A stretch of DNA of 64,000 bases from a virus, in IMG/VR virus record IMGVR_UViG_3300029037_000169. One strand, written 5' to 3'. Shown here piece after piece: positions 36,874 through 47,400 of this stretch. Under the pieces are notes generated by a model that ran no database searches, was not told the origin of the DNA, and saw only the letters and a list, made by a program, of their open reading frames with translations. The position numbers and the translations under genes were made by a program. How positions within the stretch are numbered: the stretch's first letter is position 1; the number at the start of each line of letters is the position of its first letter.

Positions 36874-38706
36874 TTATTTGATTGTTAATACTCCATTAGC
36901 AACCGTTGTTTGCGAATCGGAAATAAAAAAGGTTTCACCCGACACTTCCGCTTGTATATTTTTAGTAAAAACCAAAACACTACCTGAAACAAAAGCCTTT
37001 GTTATCCCAACTCCGGACTGTAACAAGGCTAACAAATCCTTTATCTGATTAGATTGCTCATCTATAATAGCCTTAAGCTCTTCGTTATTATTATTAAATT
37101 TATTGTTTAAACCTATAACTTTCGAATCTGTAGCATCATTTATCCTATCTTCCAAGCTAGGGATTAATACAGTTCCATCTTCCAATATAGACAAAGCGTT
37201 TTCTCGCGAGTTATCATCACGTCCTATCCCATAGGAAAACAGCACATTTTTATTATTTAGTGTTGGCTTATTAAAACGACCAAAAGAAACGCCATAATCC
37301 GAATTTACAAGCAGCCACTTCCCATGACAAAACGCCAACCTTGCAGGGGCTATATTACCTATAGTGCAATACTCTCCTCCTACATGCGAAAAAGAGCATC
37401 CCGGATAAACCTCATTACTATATCCTTCCACATGAACACAGAAGTTTTGGTCTGTATATTCTCTCCCCGAAAACAGAACATTATTGTATCCTTCCACATG
37501 ATTTGCCTTATGTACAATTGGTGCACTATGCGAATAATACAAATCACCACATATATTATTATATCCTTCTACATGGCTTGTGTTATCACAAATAAAATTG
37601 TTAGCTCCCTCGAGGTGGCTTCGGGTGCCAATTGAAATGTTCAGAGCGAACTTCTCTCGTATAGATACAGCGTCAAAAAATAATGAGTGCTCAATATTTT
37701 CAGAGTTATAGACTCCGTAATCTTCTATGAAAGTCCTTAAAGAATCTCCACTCGTATCAAAAATAGGCCGATCCGCTATGCCTCCTACGGCATTTTCAAT
37801 AAAATAAGGCTGGGTGCCTATTGATTCTCCTTCTACATGCGAACCATCTCCTAAACAATAAGAATATAATCCCTCTACATGCGATTGCGCTCCTAAGCAC
37901 CATGTTCCCCTGCCCTCGGCGTGACCCTCGCTAGCGAACACATTCGTTTCGTAACCCTCCGCATGCGCCCTAGGACCGGTAGCGTTGGTATTCATACCCT
38001 CTGCGTGGGCGTAATTTCCTGCCGCCTTGTTATTCTCATAGTCATTGAATATCTCGGCGTTCTTGTAACCCGAGTAGTTTTGACCTACACCAAAGGCAAG
38101 GCTGTCCAATTCGATAAAATCCCCGTTTGCGCTTTTATCAACGGAGGATTTAAAAATATAATATCTATCGGCTATGATATTATCCGTAGGGACAAACACG
38201 TTCCCCGCCCCATTTCCGTCTTGGCCGGGCTTGCCTTGTGGGATACCTAAATCCAAAGCATAAATAGGTATACCTTCTGGGGTCTCCCCTCTCAAGACAA
38301 AGCCAGCCGTTGCCGAGCTATTAAAAGGAAGGGTGGAGACCGTACCGATAGAGACGACCGGAGAATCTCCCGGAGTTCCCTTCGGACCGGTTAGCAAGGA
38401 TAATTCCACCAACACATTCCATCCGGGATTTCCAACATACCTCCATTGGATATCCGTAGACGAAGAGGCTAGTTCTATCTCCCTACCGTCAAGTCCCTTA
38501 AGTATAGCCATGGGGACTCTCACTAATTCCTCCTTAGCGGAAATACCGGGCAAAGATGACACGGAGGATATAGAGTCAATCTCCTTGAACTGACTTAAAT
38601 CCTTGGACTCCTCCGCTAAGATCTTTTTACTCTCAGCGGCGATCGCACGTAAATCCTCGGGCGTTAGAGTAAAGCCGGAAGACAATGTAAGATCCCCTAC
38701 AGCCAT
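36874..38706 (-). CDS. tail fibre protein with repeated H(A/V)EG beta-helix-like motifs
   Basis: At least 9 H[AV]EG repeats over 200 aa (HAEGMNT, HAEGYET, HAEGRGT, HVEGLYS, HVEGESI, HLEGANN, HVEGYNN x2, HVEGYSN). Confidence 0.5.
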   Translation of the reverse strand: MAVGDLTLSSGFTLTPEDLRAIAAESKKILAEESKDLSQFKEIDSISSVSSLPGISAKEELVRVPMAILKGLDGREIELASSSTDIQWRYVGNPGWNVLVELSLLTGPKGTPGDSPVVSIGTVSTLPFNSSATAGFVLRGETPEGIPIYALDLGIPQGKPGQDGNGAGNVFVPTDNIIADRYYIFKSSVDKSANGDFIELDSLAFGVGQNYSGYKNAEIFNDYENNKAAGNYAHAEGMNTNATGPRAHAEGYETNVFASEGHAEGRGTWCLGAQSHVEGLYSYCLGDGSHVEGESIGTQPYFIENAVGGIADRPIFDTSGDSLRTFIEDYGVYNSENIEHSLFFDAVSIREKFALNISIGTRSHLEGANNFICDNTSHVEGYNNICGDLYYSHSAPIVHKANHVEGYNNVLFSGREYTDQNFCVHVEGYSNEVYPGCSFSHVGGEYCTIGNIAPARLAFCHGKWLLVNSDYGVSFGRFNKPTLNNKNVLFSYGIGRDDNSRENALSILEDGTVLIPSLEDRINDATDSKVIGLNNKFNNNNEELKAIIDEQSNQIKDLLALLQSGVGITKAFVSGSVLVFTKNIQAEVSGETFFISDSQTTVANGVLTIK

Positions 38707-38717
38707 ATTATCGTATG

Positions 38718-38996
38718 TTATTCTTGTTTAAGGAAAATATTTGCCGCATCGTCTATCACGGTTGACAATATAGCCTTGCAGTCTTCGTCCGAGACTCCAT
38801 CTTCCAAGACTATCGATTTCCTGCCTTTGTCCACAATGTTTACATAACCGAACCTAAGCTCTCCTTTTTTGACCGAGGCCAATACCTCTGTTACCTTTTC
38901 GCCCGCATTCCGTGTTGTCTCATAGGAGATATCATAATCTCCTACCGTGTTTTTGTATTTGCTTCTCAATACAGATGATAATGTTGATAGTGCCAT
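38718..38996 (-). CDS. hypothetical tail-associated protein
   Basis: ORF only. Confidence 0.35.
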   Translation of the reverse strand: MALSTLSSVLRSKYKNTVGDYDISYETTRNAGEKVTEVLASVKKGELRFGYVNIVDKGRKSIVLEDGVSDEDCKAILSTVIDDAANIFLKQE

Positions 38997-38997
38997 G

Positions 38998-39198
38998 TTA
39001 ATTTCCCCTTTCTATAATGTTATAAATTTGCCCGTTACGCTCGTAGGCCAGAGATCCCACACGTACCTCGTCCTTGATAAAAGAGCCTGTTATCCGGTCT
39101 ATCCGCTCATCGGTCTTGACCGAGGCGGAATACTGTATCTTGATACCGGCCACGTCCGAGTCGCCGTTTATTGTCCTTGTGTCGCTCGTTATCTCCAT
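38998..39198 (-). CDS. hypothetical small protein
   Basis: ORF only. Confidence 0.3.
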   Translation of the reverse strand: MEITSDTRTINGDSDVAGIKIQYSASVKTDERIDRITGSFIKDEVRVGSLAYERNGQIYNIIERGN

Positions 39199-39202
39199 GG
39201 TC

Positions 39203-39493
39203 TTACACGTTTAAAAGGTCGAAGATCTGCCCGAAAGCGCCGGCGGTCAATGTCCTGTTACAACATTTCTTTATCAATATGGATTCCTTGTCGCTGATGT
39301 CCATATCGCCATCGGCGGCGTTGATCCTTGTCATCAGCTTGTAGGACTCATATTTCTCGTCCTCGTTCATCTCATCGCCGGAAGAATAAAGCCTAGCGCA
39401 TACGATATCCTTGATGACCTGAACTTTTCCGAACTCGTCCTTCATGTCTTCCCCCCTGAAGGTCTTTAGGGGCTTGTTGAAATTTACTTTCAT
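39203..39493 (-). CDS. hypothetical protein
   Basis: ORF only. Confidence 0.35.
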   Translation of the reverse strand: MKVNFNKPLKTFRGEDMKDEFGKVQVIKDIVCARLYSSGDEMNEDEKYESYKLMTRINAADGDMDISDKESILIKKCCNRTLTAGAFGQIFDLLNV

Positions 39494-39517
39494 GATTGAT
39501 GTATTTTAATTGTTATA

Positions 39518-42500
39518 TTATTCTATATAGAGAAGTCTCGTAGCGGAATCCCATTTGACATTATATCTCGTTCCAGATGTGGATTCAGTGTTTACTTGTG
39601 TTACCGAAGGCATTAAGCCCATACGCAAGACAGTACGCCATATTCCGGGTGAGTCATTAGAGAACTTCTTTGTCCCAAGCTGTATATCTCTTATTCCATG
39701 CTTGCAATACAAAAAATTCATAAAACCACTATCATTTCTGGTAGACTCACATTCTAATTTTACCATATCAGAATCGTCCGCGTTAGTGACCGCTACTTTT
39801 ATGGCGGTTCTCGGGACTTCGACCATAGTTCTTATCGCCAGTGATTTTTTGATGAACAAGGACGCTGTCCCCGCATCATTCGTTGTCCTATAATTATATC
39901 CTACGCTCAGTTTATACGTTGACTCATTGCTATCAGATATCCCGATCTCACATCTGCTTGAGTCCATGTACATCTTATAACTCCCGTAATATTCATTATT
40001 CGCTGTTCCATAAAGCTGATTATTGTTAATCGTAAATCCTCCAATTGTACCCCTTACTGCGTCCAAACTGGTTGCGTATAGATTATCTACGTCGATCATA
40101 GATGTCTTGATATATCCATTAACTATCACAGTGGCAGAAGTTAAGGCCTTTATTATGCTAGCCTCCTTACTCCATGCAGGAAGATTGTTAATAGCTTCTT
40201 GCGCTGATCCGGCTGTAGTTACGGCTTTAGCGGCATTTGATATGGCCGTAGCTGCGTCTTGAATAGCCTTGGAAGCGTTTGAATATGCTGTACTGGCAGT
40301 CGATTCGGCAGACGAAGCCTTACTCCATGCGCTAGAAGCGTCAGACAAGGCTTCGTTAGCTTTCGATAGAGCCGAACTAGCATTACTGCTAGCGTTATTG
40401 ATCGTATTTTTGACATCCGTATTGAACATATTGAATGTCACCGCCCCTACAAGATTGATCCTCTCCGCCTTGATCGTGGTGGTGGTTGCCGTCTGGTTGA
40501 TATACGATATGATATTATCGCCGTTCTCCAAGCTCTTGGCGGCGAACAACGTATTTCCCTGCGTAGTGTTGATCCATCCCGCCGTGTCTATCTCATTCCT
40601 TATATTATCCACCCTCGTTGATATGGCCGATATTTGCCCTGCGGTGATATTCAATTGAGAATCATACTTGGTATACACCTTACCTGTTTCCTCATCCACA
40701 TAATCCTTCGTTGCCGCCAGCTTGATAGACTCTTCTGTTTGCTCTATCCTTGTCTCCAACCTGATAATGGCATCCGCCAAGTTATCGATAAACAAGGAAA
40801 CACCATAAATCAGTATTTCCCCATCGAAAGATATACGGAAATCGCCACGTTCGTCCCATTTCCCCGCTTTCGAAAGCTTACGATACGAGGATGATGGTTC
40901 CAAGGACATGGAGACATAAAGGCTTGATCCCTCGAAACCTGCGGTCAATATCCCCGCCTTAACAACCCGGTAATGTAATGAGAAGGAATAGTCATACTCG
41001 GTCGCCTCGGTCTCATGTGACGGTATGTTTATAACGTCATTCCGCTGGAGGATATACGAGTCACTGATACGTAAGACATTTCTGTTGCCGTCTTGATAAA
41101 TATCTGAAACTCCCCTCTTCTCTGACAGGAAAGAATCATTGGCGTAAATAAACGATCCGTCATGTCCCCAAAAACTTATTGAGTTCTCTGTCACCCAATA
41201 GTCCGTATTTTGGGAGAATGAGCTATTTTTCAATATATTGCCCGGCTCTAAGGATATATCGTTCCTGATGCCTTCGATTGAACTCTCGAATTTCCCGTTC
41301 ATTATGGAAAATTCCTGCTCGATCGTATTACCTGTATCAAGGATGTAGGTCGAATTTTCAAAGTAAGCCCCGTTACCGTAAATCCCCCAAACACCGGTCA
41401 AATCTATACCGCTCTTGGTCCTTATCCCCGAAAGATTGCCGACACGTGCCTTGGTAGCATTATCGGGATCGGTCTTCATTCCATACACGACATCCATATA
41501 CGGAGCTCCCACCTCGTCAATCGTAGTGATCTTGACAATACCCTTTCTGGTAGAATCGGCCACGCTATCTACACGGGTCAATACATCGCCTTGCGCAATG
41601 TCGGCTTTATCACCGGCAAAGTTGACAAACGTAATCCAGTCTAAACGATTTTCGCCGTCCGACAAATTACCGATGCCGACTTGATCAACCCGAAGTTCGT
41701 ATTGCTTGATGATATTGTAATCATTCTCCACAGTCGGCATTCCCCCGAAACGCTGGACCATCAAGATATCCCCCGAACGGAACGGATTGTAGAGTAAGCC
41801 ATTCCCCGTGTCCAAGTAAATCCTTCCAGTGGCATGGTCATAATACTCCACCTTCATCATCCCGGAGAATATCACGTTGTCATTTTCCCCACGAAGCTGA
41901 GAGACAATGAACTCATAGACCCTGAGACTGCCTCTAACATTTATATCGTCTATCTCTAGACGATATTTCTGCTCCTCTACACCTGCCGAGTTAACCCGTT
42001 TGTATGGCGCAATATCCCAGCCGAAGCCATTGGGGAAGCCCGATATAAACGTATGGGACCCCACTCGTTTCTTGAATAAAACATTCCCACGGAACCATGA
42101 CTCATCAAATATGGCACGACCGTCGGCCTTGATCTCCCATCCCTTGCCGTCCATGCCGTCAAGAAAGATGGAGGAGCCTATCTTCTTGTCGAATAAAATA
42201 TCCTCATGGGCGATATCGGGTATGTCCTTCCGAAGGTAACGTTTGTCGTTATCCTGTTTTACCTTGTTTATCTCATATAATGTCCGTAGAGCGGAGAAAA
42301 CGTTCTCGTCCGAGGCGGCGGTAGTATCCTCTTTCTTTATGATATACACCCCGAAAGAACCGCTACCTTGGTTGACGTACGTGTTATCCTTATATTGGAT
42401 ATTATCCAGCTTACGCTCCAATTCCCCCAGACGGGAGTAAGCCGCGCTCTCTCCCACCGTATAGGAAGGCGAATCATATGGGATATCAAGCTTTTTCTCG

Positions 42501-43936
42501 AAACCCAATACCCTAGATTCCCGCCCATTCTCAAAATAGGCCTTATTGATAAGCCTGACACGCTGCCCTACGGATAGATCAATCGCCTTTTCCGGGTTCA
42601 ATATACCATTATTCTCATCGTAGCCGGAAGCGTAGTACGAGTCAAGGACGCATGTGTAAGTGGAAGGGTCCGACACGACCTTGGCCTTATACTCTATCGT
42701 CCTTCTCAGCAATTCCTCTTCCGCCTGTGGGATAAGGGTGTCACTTACGTATTGCGTGTCAAAATTGTATAGGATATATTTGTTCCCCGTCCCCGGTATA
42801 AGAGGGCTTTCCGGCAATGTCTGGCCATAGGTGTCATTACGGACTATCTCGAACAACTGAGCCTCCGGATCATCCTCCGGCAGTCCTTCCGGGTTGAATC
42901 GCAAGGCGAAATCCATGCCTGACAACGGCCCTGTCTGGAATACGACACGAAGCTCTTTGCCGGGAAGCACGTATTCCTCGGAGAAGGACAATCCCGAGTC
43001 CTTGAACCGATAGACGGTGAATGTCTCCGATATCCCGTCCTCGCCCTCCTCCGTGACCTCCTTAGGTATCACCTCGGTTATCGTACCGATCTTACGTGGG
43101 TATATATCGTCGAATATAACGACCGCCTCCACTATTTGATCCTCGGTCAATCCCTGTACCACGTCCACGTAGGGGGTTCCCTTAGGAAGCATGAGCCGTT
43201 TTTGCACCACCCCTTGCACCACCGTACCGGATTCCCCCTTGCGATAGTCCGAGGGGATATTTCTCGTTGAGCCGAAAGCGTACAGGCGTGTGGCGAACAG
43301 GTCTTGGCTTTGGCTTCTTGACATGGACGCTACTTGCCGGCCTATTTCCAGATCTACTGGATCGCCACGCTCTATCCGCCCTATATATATCTTGTCGCCC
43401 TCTACCCACCACTCGCACTCCCACGCCTCGGCAATCTTGGTAAGGGCATCCACGATATTCGTGCTGTCGTATTGCACGAGCTTGGCTACAGCGTCAACGG
43501 AGCTATCGACAACGGCTTGGTACTCCTTGCCGTTATACCTGAATCCCAGAGATCGCAAATTGGATACGACAATGCTTAGGTGGGCCTCCGGAGCACGTGT
43601 AAGGCTCCATGACGCTTCCTTGTTACCTTGCCTATCGTAAAACAGGATATGATTCTTCCATCGGTAATAATGCGAGTCGAATCGCACGCTATAGTCGTAT
43701 CCGCCTGTGGATGTGTTGAATGTCGGGTATGTCTTGGCAGTTACGTAGAAAACGCTACCTCCATAATCGATATTGTCTCCGATCTCCAGTTGCACCGGGT
43801 CGGACAAGGAGAACACGAGGTTCACATAGTCCTCTTTCATCAACTCAAACCGACGTACCGAACCCGTTTCTATCGATACCGACAACTTGACTCTACCAGA
43901 TATGTCCTTTATCTCGATCATGAACTCAAAGTTCAC
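39518..43936 (-). CDS. large tail protein (host-specificity / central fibre, 1472 aa) with Ala/Ser-rich low-complexity segment
   Basis: Size and position after tape measure/distal tail; NNASSNASSALSKANEALSDASSAWSKASSAES segment. Confidence 0.55.
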   Translation of the reverse strand: MNFEFMIEIKDISGRVKLSVSIETGSVRRFELMKEDYVNLVFSLSDPVQLEIGDNIDYGGSVFYVTAKTYPTFNTSTGGYDYSVRFDSHYYRWKNHILFYDRQGNKEASWSLTRAPEAHLSIVVSNLRSLGFRYNGKEYQAVVDSSVDAVAKLVQYDSTNIVDALTKIAEAWECEWWVEGDKIYIGRIERGDPVDLEIGRQVASMSRSQSQDLFATRLYAFGSTRNIPSDYRKGESGTVVQGVVQKRLMLPKGTPYVDVVQGLTEDQIVEAVVIFDDIYPRKIGTITEVIPKEVTEEGEDGISETFTVYRFKDSGLSFSEEYVLPGKELRVVFQTGPLSGMDFALRFNPEGLPEDDPEAQLFEIVRNDTYGQTLPESPLIPGTGNKYILYNFDTQYVSDTLIPQAEEELLRRTIEYKAKVVSDPSTYTCVLDSYYASGYDENNGILNPEKAIDLSVGQRVRLINKAYFENGRESRVLGFEKKLDIPYDSPSYTVGESAAYSRLGELERKLDNIQYKDNTYVNQGSGSFGVYIIKKEDTTAASDENVFSALRTLYEINKVKQDNDKRYLRKDIPDIAHEDILFDKKIGSSIFLDGMDGKGWEIKADGRAIFDESWFRGNVLFKKRVGSHTFISGFPNGFGWDIAPYKRVNSAGVEEQKYRLEIDDINVRGSLRVYEFIVSQLRGENDNVIFSGMMKVEYYDHATGRIYLDTGNGLLYNPFRSGDILMVQRFGGMPTVENDYNIIKQYELRVDQVGIGNLSDGENRLDWITFVNFAGDKADIAQGDVLTRVDSVADSTRKGIVKITTIDEVGAPYMDVVYGMKTDPDNATKARVGNLSGIRTKSGIDLTGVWGIYGNGAYFENSTYILDTGNTIEQEFSIMNGKFESSIEGIRNDISLEPGNILKNSSFSQNTDYWVTENSISFWGHDGSFIYANDSFLSEKRGVSDIYQDGNRNVLRISDSYILQRNDVINIPSHETEATEYDYSFSLHYRVVKAGILTAGFEGSSLYVSMSLEPSSSYRKLSKAGKWDERGDFRISFDGEILIYGVSLFIDNLADAIIRLETRIEQTEESIKLAATKDYVDEETGKVYTKYDSQLNITAGQISAISTRVDNIRNEIDTAGWINTTQGNTLFAAKSLENGDNIISYINQTATTTTIKAERINLVGAVTFNMFNTDVKNTINNASSNASSALSKANEALSDASSAWSKASSAESTASTAYSNASKAIQDAATAISNAAKAVTTAGSAQEAINNLPAWSKEASIIKALTSATVIVNGYIKTSMIDVDNLYATSLDAVRGTIGGFTINNNQLYGTANNEYYGSYKMYMDSSRCEIGISDSNESTYKLSVGYNYRTTNDAGTASLFIKKSLAIRTMVEVPRTAIKVAVTNADDSDMVKLECESTRNDSGFMNFLYCKHGIRDIQLGTKKFSNDSPGIWRTVLRMGLMPSVTQVNTESTSGTRYNVKWDSATRLLYIE

Positions 43937-44008
43937 GCATATGAGGGGGATGGCAAAAAATCAAGCGGACCTAAAAAAAACAATGAAGGGATTGTTGTAA
44001 TTTTGTTG

Positions 44009-44422
44009 CTACGTCCTGTCATATGGGTTAGGCTCGACAAATTTGCAAGCCAGTTTGGAGACGGTGCGAGATCCATCCAAGGCATATGACGCTGAGTTTT
44101 GGTATACCAACTTATAGGTCTCCCCTAATGCAGGCACACGTAGAGCAACGTTACCCTTATGCAATTCCGTTACAAAAGCCCTATAATGATCTAGGTATTC
44201 CTCTGGTGTCTTTCCGTTTATCGTAAAAGTAAGGGTCACGTTGCGGCTAGCTAACCTAGGATTGGATATTATCATTCTCTTGCCATGCTCAAGACGGCTA
44301 TCATTCTCAACAAACTCTTTTAATGGAGCGGCCATCGATATGTTCTCAATGAAACCATCCCCCATGATGACACCATACATCATGTATGCGTCACTTCCAT
44401 TTATATATAATTGCCCTATCAT
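44009..44422 (-). CDS. distal tail protein candidate
   Basis: Immediately downstream of tape measure, ATGA-type overlap. Confidence 0.4.
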   Translation of the reverse strand: MIGQLYINGSDAYMMYGVIMGDGFIENISMAAPLKEFVENDSRLEHGKRMIISNPRLASRNVTLTFTINGKTPEEYLDHYRAFVTELHKGNVALRVPALGETYKLVYQNSASYALDGSRTVSKLACKFVEPNPYDRT

Positions 44423-47400
44423 TATATCCCTCCCGTATTTATTTTCACTTGCTCTATGTTTTGTGACATCTTCTTTAATGTCTTATCTATGCTTTTTGTC
44501 GTGTCATTTATCTCTTGTATTTCCAAAAACGATTGAACTTGAAAATCCCGTATCTCTCCCGCTATATCCCTTACGGAGTCACTGGCGGATAATACTCCTC
44601 CTATAGAAGCTACAATATTCGATAACAAGGATGTCTGTGTCAAATTTTGCTCCGAGATTACATTTCCACTTTCCTGTAATGCAGTGAAACGCCCATTCAA
44701 CTCCGCTGCCTGATCTTGTGTCATGGTCTCGAAACCTCTAGCGGTGGCCTTTTGATCCTCTGTCTTTGTCTCCTTCTCAAGCCCTGCGGCCTCAAATGCA
44801 GCATCCCTCTCTTTGGCGGCATCCTCGTATATCTTTTTATAGGTTTCCTGTAAATTCCTTTTTTCTAAATCACTTAACTCTCCATCAGCCATAGCTTCAG
44901 AGAATTTTTCATACCATTTTTTGATTTTTTCACTTAATGTCTTATCAATTATAGTATTGACAATGGCTTGCCTCATATAATCCTCAAAATGCTCCGATAC
45001 TTCTTTCATCGTGGTGTCTGTATCCAACAAGAGATTCCTAAGCTCTGATCTTGCGGAATCGAAAGATATGCCAGTAAAAGCTTCCTTACTGTCCTCTTCT
45101 AACTCCTTCATCTTGTCATCCAGTTCCAACAAAGTCTCAAGATATCCTCTAGCATCATCATCAATTTTTAGCCATGCTTCTGGAACATCATCCCTAAGTT
45201 GCCTTATCACTTCTGGATCAAGCTCGAATAACCCCTCCGCACGACCTCCCAATGAGTCCAGATTGATACCGATAGCCCTCAGCTCCTTGTCATAAGCCCT
45301 CAAATCCCTGACAGCCCTATATCCGTAAGAGTGAGACCCCGCACTTGATCCCGCATTGAGTTGAGCCAATCCTAATTTTTTTGTCATGTCAATCTGCTTC
45401 TCAATAAGCGTCACAGCCTTGTTGTAAGCTTCCACCGCATCAGCCCCACTCAATCCGTCAAGTAACGCCTGTTGACGGGAGATAACGCCATCCATCACCT
45501 CCATGAGGTTATTATAGCTATCGATCGTCTCTTGAGCCACTACATTCTTACCACCACCGAACAATCCTCCTATGGCCTTGCCGATACCTCCGATTATACC
45601 GGTAGCGGACGTAATGACACTAAACGGCTTGGTGAGATCTATGCTAGCCAGACTGGACATGACTTGACTCACTCCGTCCAAAGCCTTGGATATGGATTCC
45701 GGGACGGAAACACCCAAGTCGGTGAGCATATCGACAATATTATCCCCGGCAGTAACGATATCCTGCCCTTTCTCTCCCATGGAGTTTATGGCCGATGTCA
45801 TCTTGACCAAGGAGGATCTACGTTTGTTTAACGATTCCGTCAATTTTTTGTTCGCCATCTCCAAAGCCTCCTTGGATGCGGCCCCGCTAGACTCCAGATC
45901 ATTCAACTCTTTTTGAGCGACGGCCACTTCCTCTATTGTCTCCTTATACTCATCATACCCTTGGCGTAATTGATCGATAGGCTTTCGATCGGTCATGGCC
46001 TCGTTGATTTGCTCGATAGCGTCCGATACCGTCTTGAAATCCTCCTTGCTTATGGTTCCGGCAGCGTCTTGGAGGTATTGCTGAAGCTTATCCTTGATTC
46101 CGGACAAAGCCTCGGTAGCAACCCTGTCAAGGTTGCCGAACACGGAAGTCCAATCTATATTCTCCTTGAGTTCTTCTAGGTTGATCTTAGAAAGGCTCTC
46201 CTTCCTTTTCTTGTCAGCCTCTTTTAACGCCGAGTCTATCTGTTTGGCGTTCTCCTCGTTTCTCTGGCTCTGCAAAAACTTGACATCCTCATTGTATTGC
46301 CTCTCGATATCCTCCCTTTGCTTGGCGTAATCCTTATACTTATCCAATGTGCCCTTGAGTAACTCAGCCTCTTTTGCTTGAGTCTCTATCGCTATGGACG
46401 CTAGCATATCGGCCAATAACTGTAGCTGCTCCTTCGGCAACTCGGAAACCTTTGTTGTAGTTGGAGAGAAGGCCTTCCCTTGCTCCTTGGCTTTAGGATT
46501 AGCCGCCTCGAACGCCTTTCTCTCAATCTCCTGTTGAGCCTTCAAGAACTCCTCCCCCAATTTCGTAACCTCTTGTGTCCGCTTCTTATAATCAAGCCTT
46601 AATTGAGCAATACGCTTATCCGCTCCCTCTTTCATAGCGTTTATGCGGGTTTGCTGGATCTGCATCTCTACCTCCAACTCCTTTTCTTGGATCTTCTTAC
46701 GACCTTCCTCTATAGCCATAAGTCTCTCGGAGGTCTCAACCTTCTCCTTATTGGCGCTAATACCTTGGGCTTTAATCCTGTTACCTATTTCTCTCTGCTG
46801 ACTAGACAATTCACGAAGTCTTGATGCTCTTTCCGCTAATTGCTTATTTACGTCTGCCTCTGCTTCCGCTTGTTCCTGCAGTGCTTCTCCGTTAGAATGC
46901 GACAAGGAATTTGTCTCTTTTATGATCTCAAAACGTTCTTGAGCCATATCTACTTCCTCATCATACATTTTTTCTACTAACTTAGAGGCTTCTTTTGAGG
47001 CTTCCAGACGTTCTTTATCCGAATAAGCCGCATTTTGAGATTTCTCCCTTAACTCGTTTATTCTTGCCTCTATTTCTGATCTCTTAACCAACCATGATCG
47101 CTGTCTATTCTCTAATTCATTCTCACGTTTAGCTAAATCTGCTCGCTTTTTTGATTTATCAATGATATCATCCATTAGTCCGGAAGCTTTCTTCAAGGGG
47201 TCCTCTATACCGGTAAAACCTTGTGCGATAGCATCCCCTAAATCCTTCAAACCTTCTCCTACCTCACCTCCAAATATCTTCCAGATAGCCGCACCAATCT
47301 TTGCCGTTGCGTTAAGACGGTTCATTACCTGTCCTTCCAAGAGGCTAACAATATCCTTCATAGCCTCTTTAGGCTTCGTGAACGCCTTATAAAGCCATTC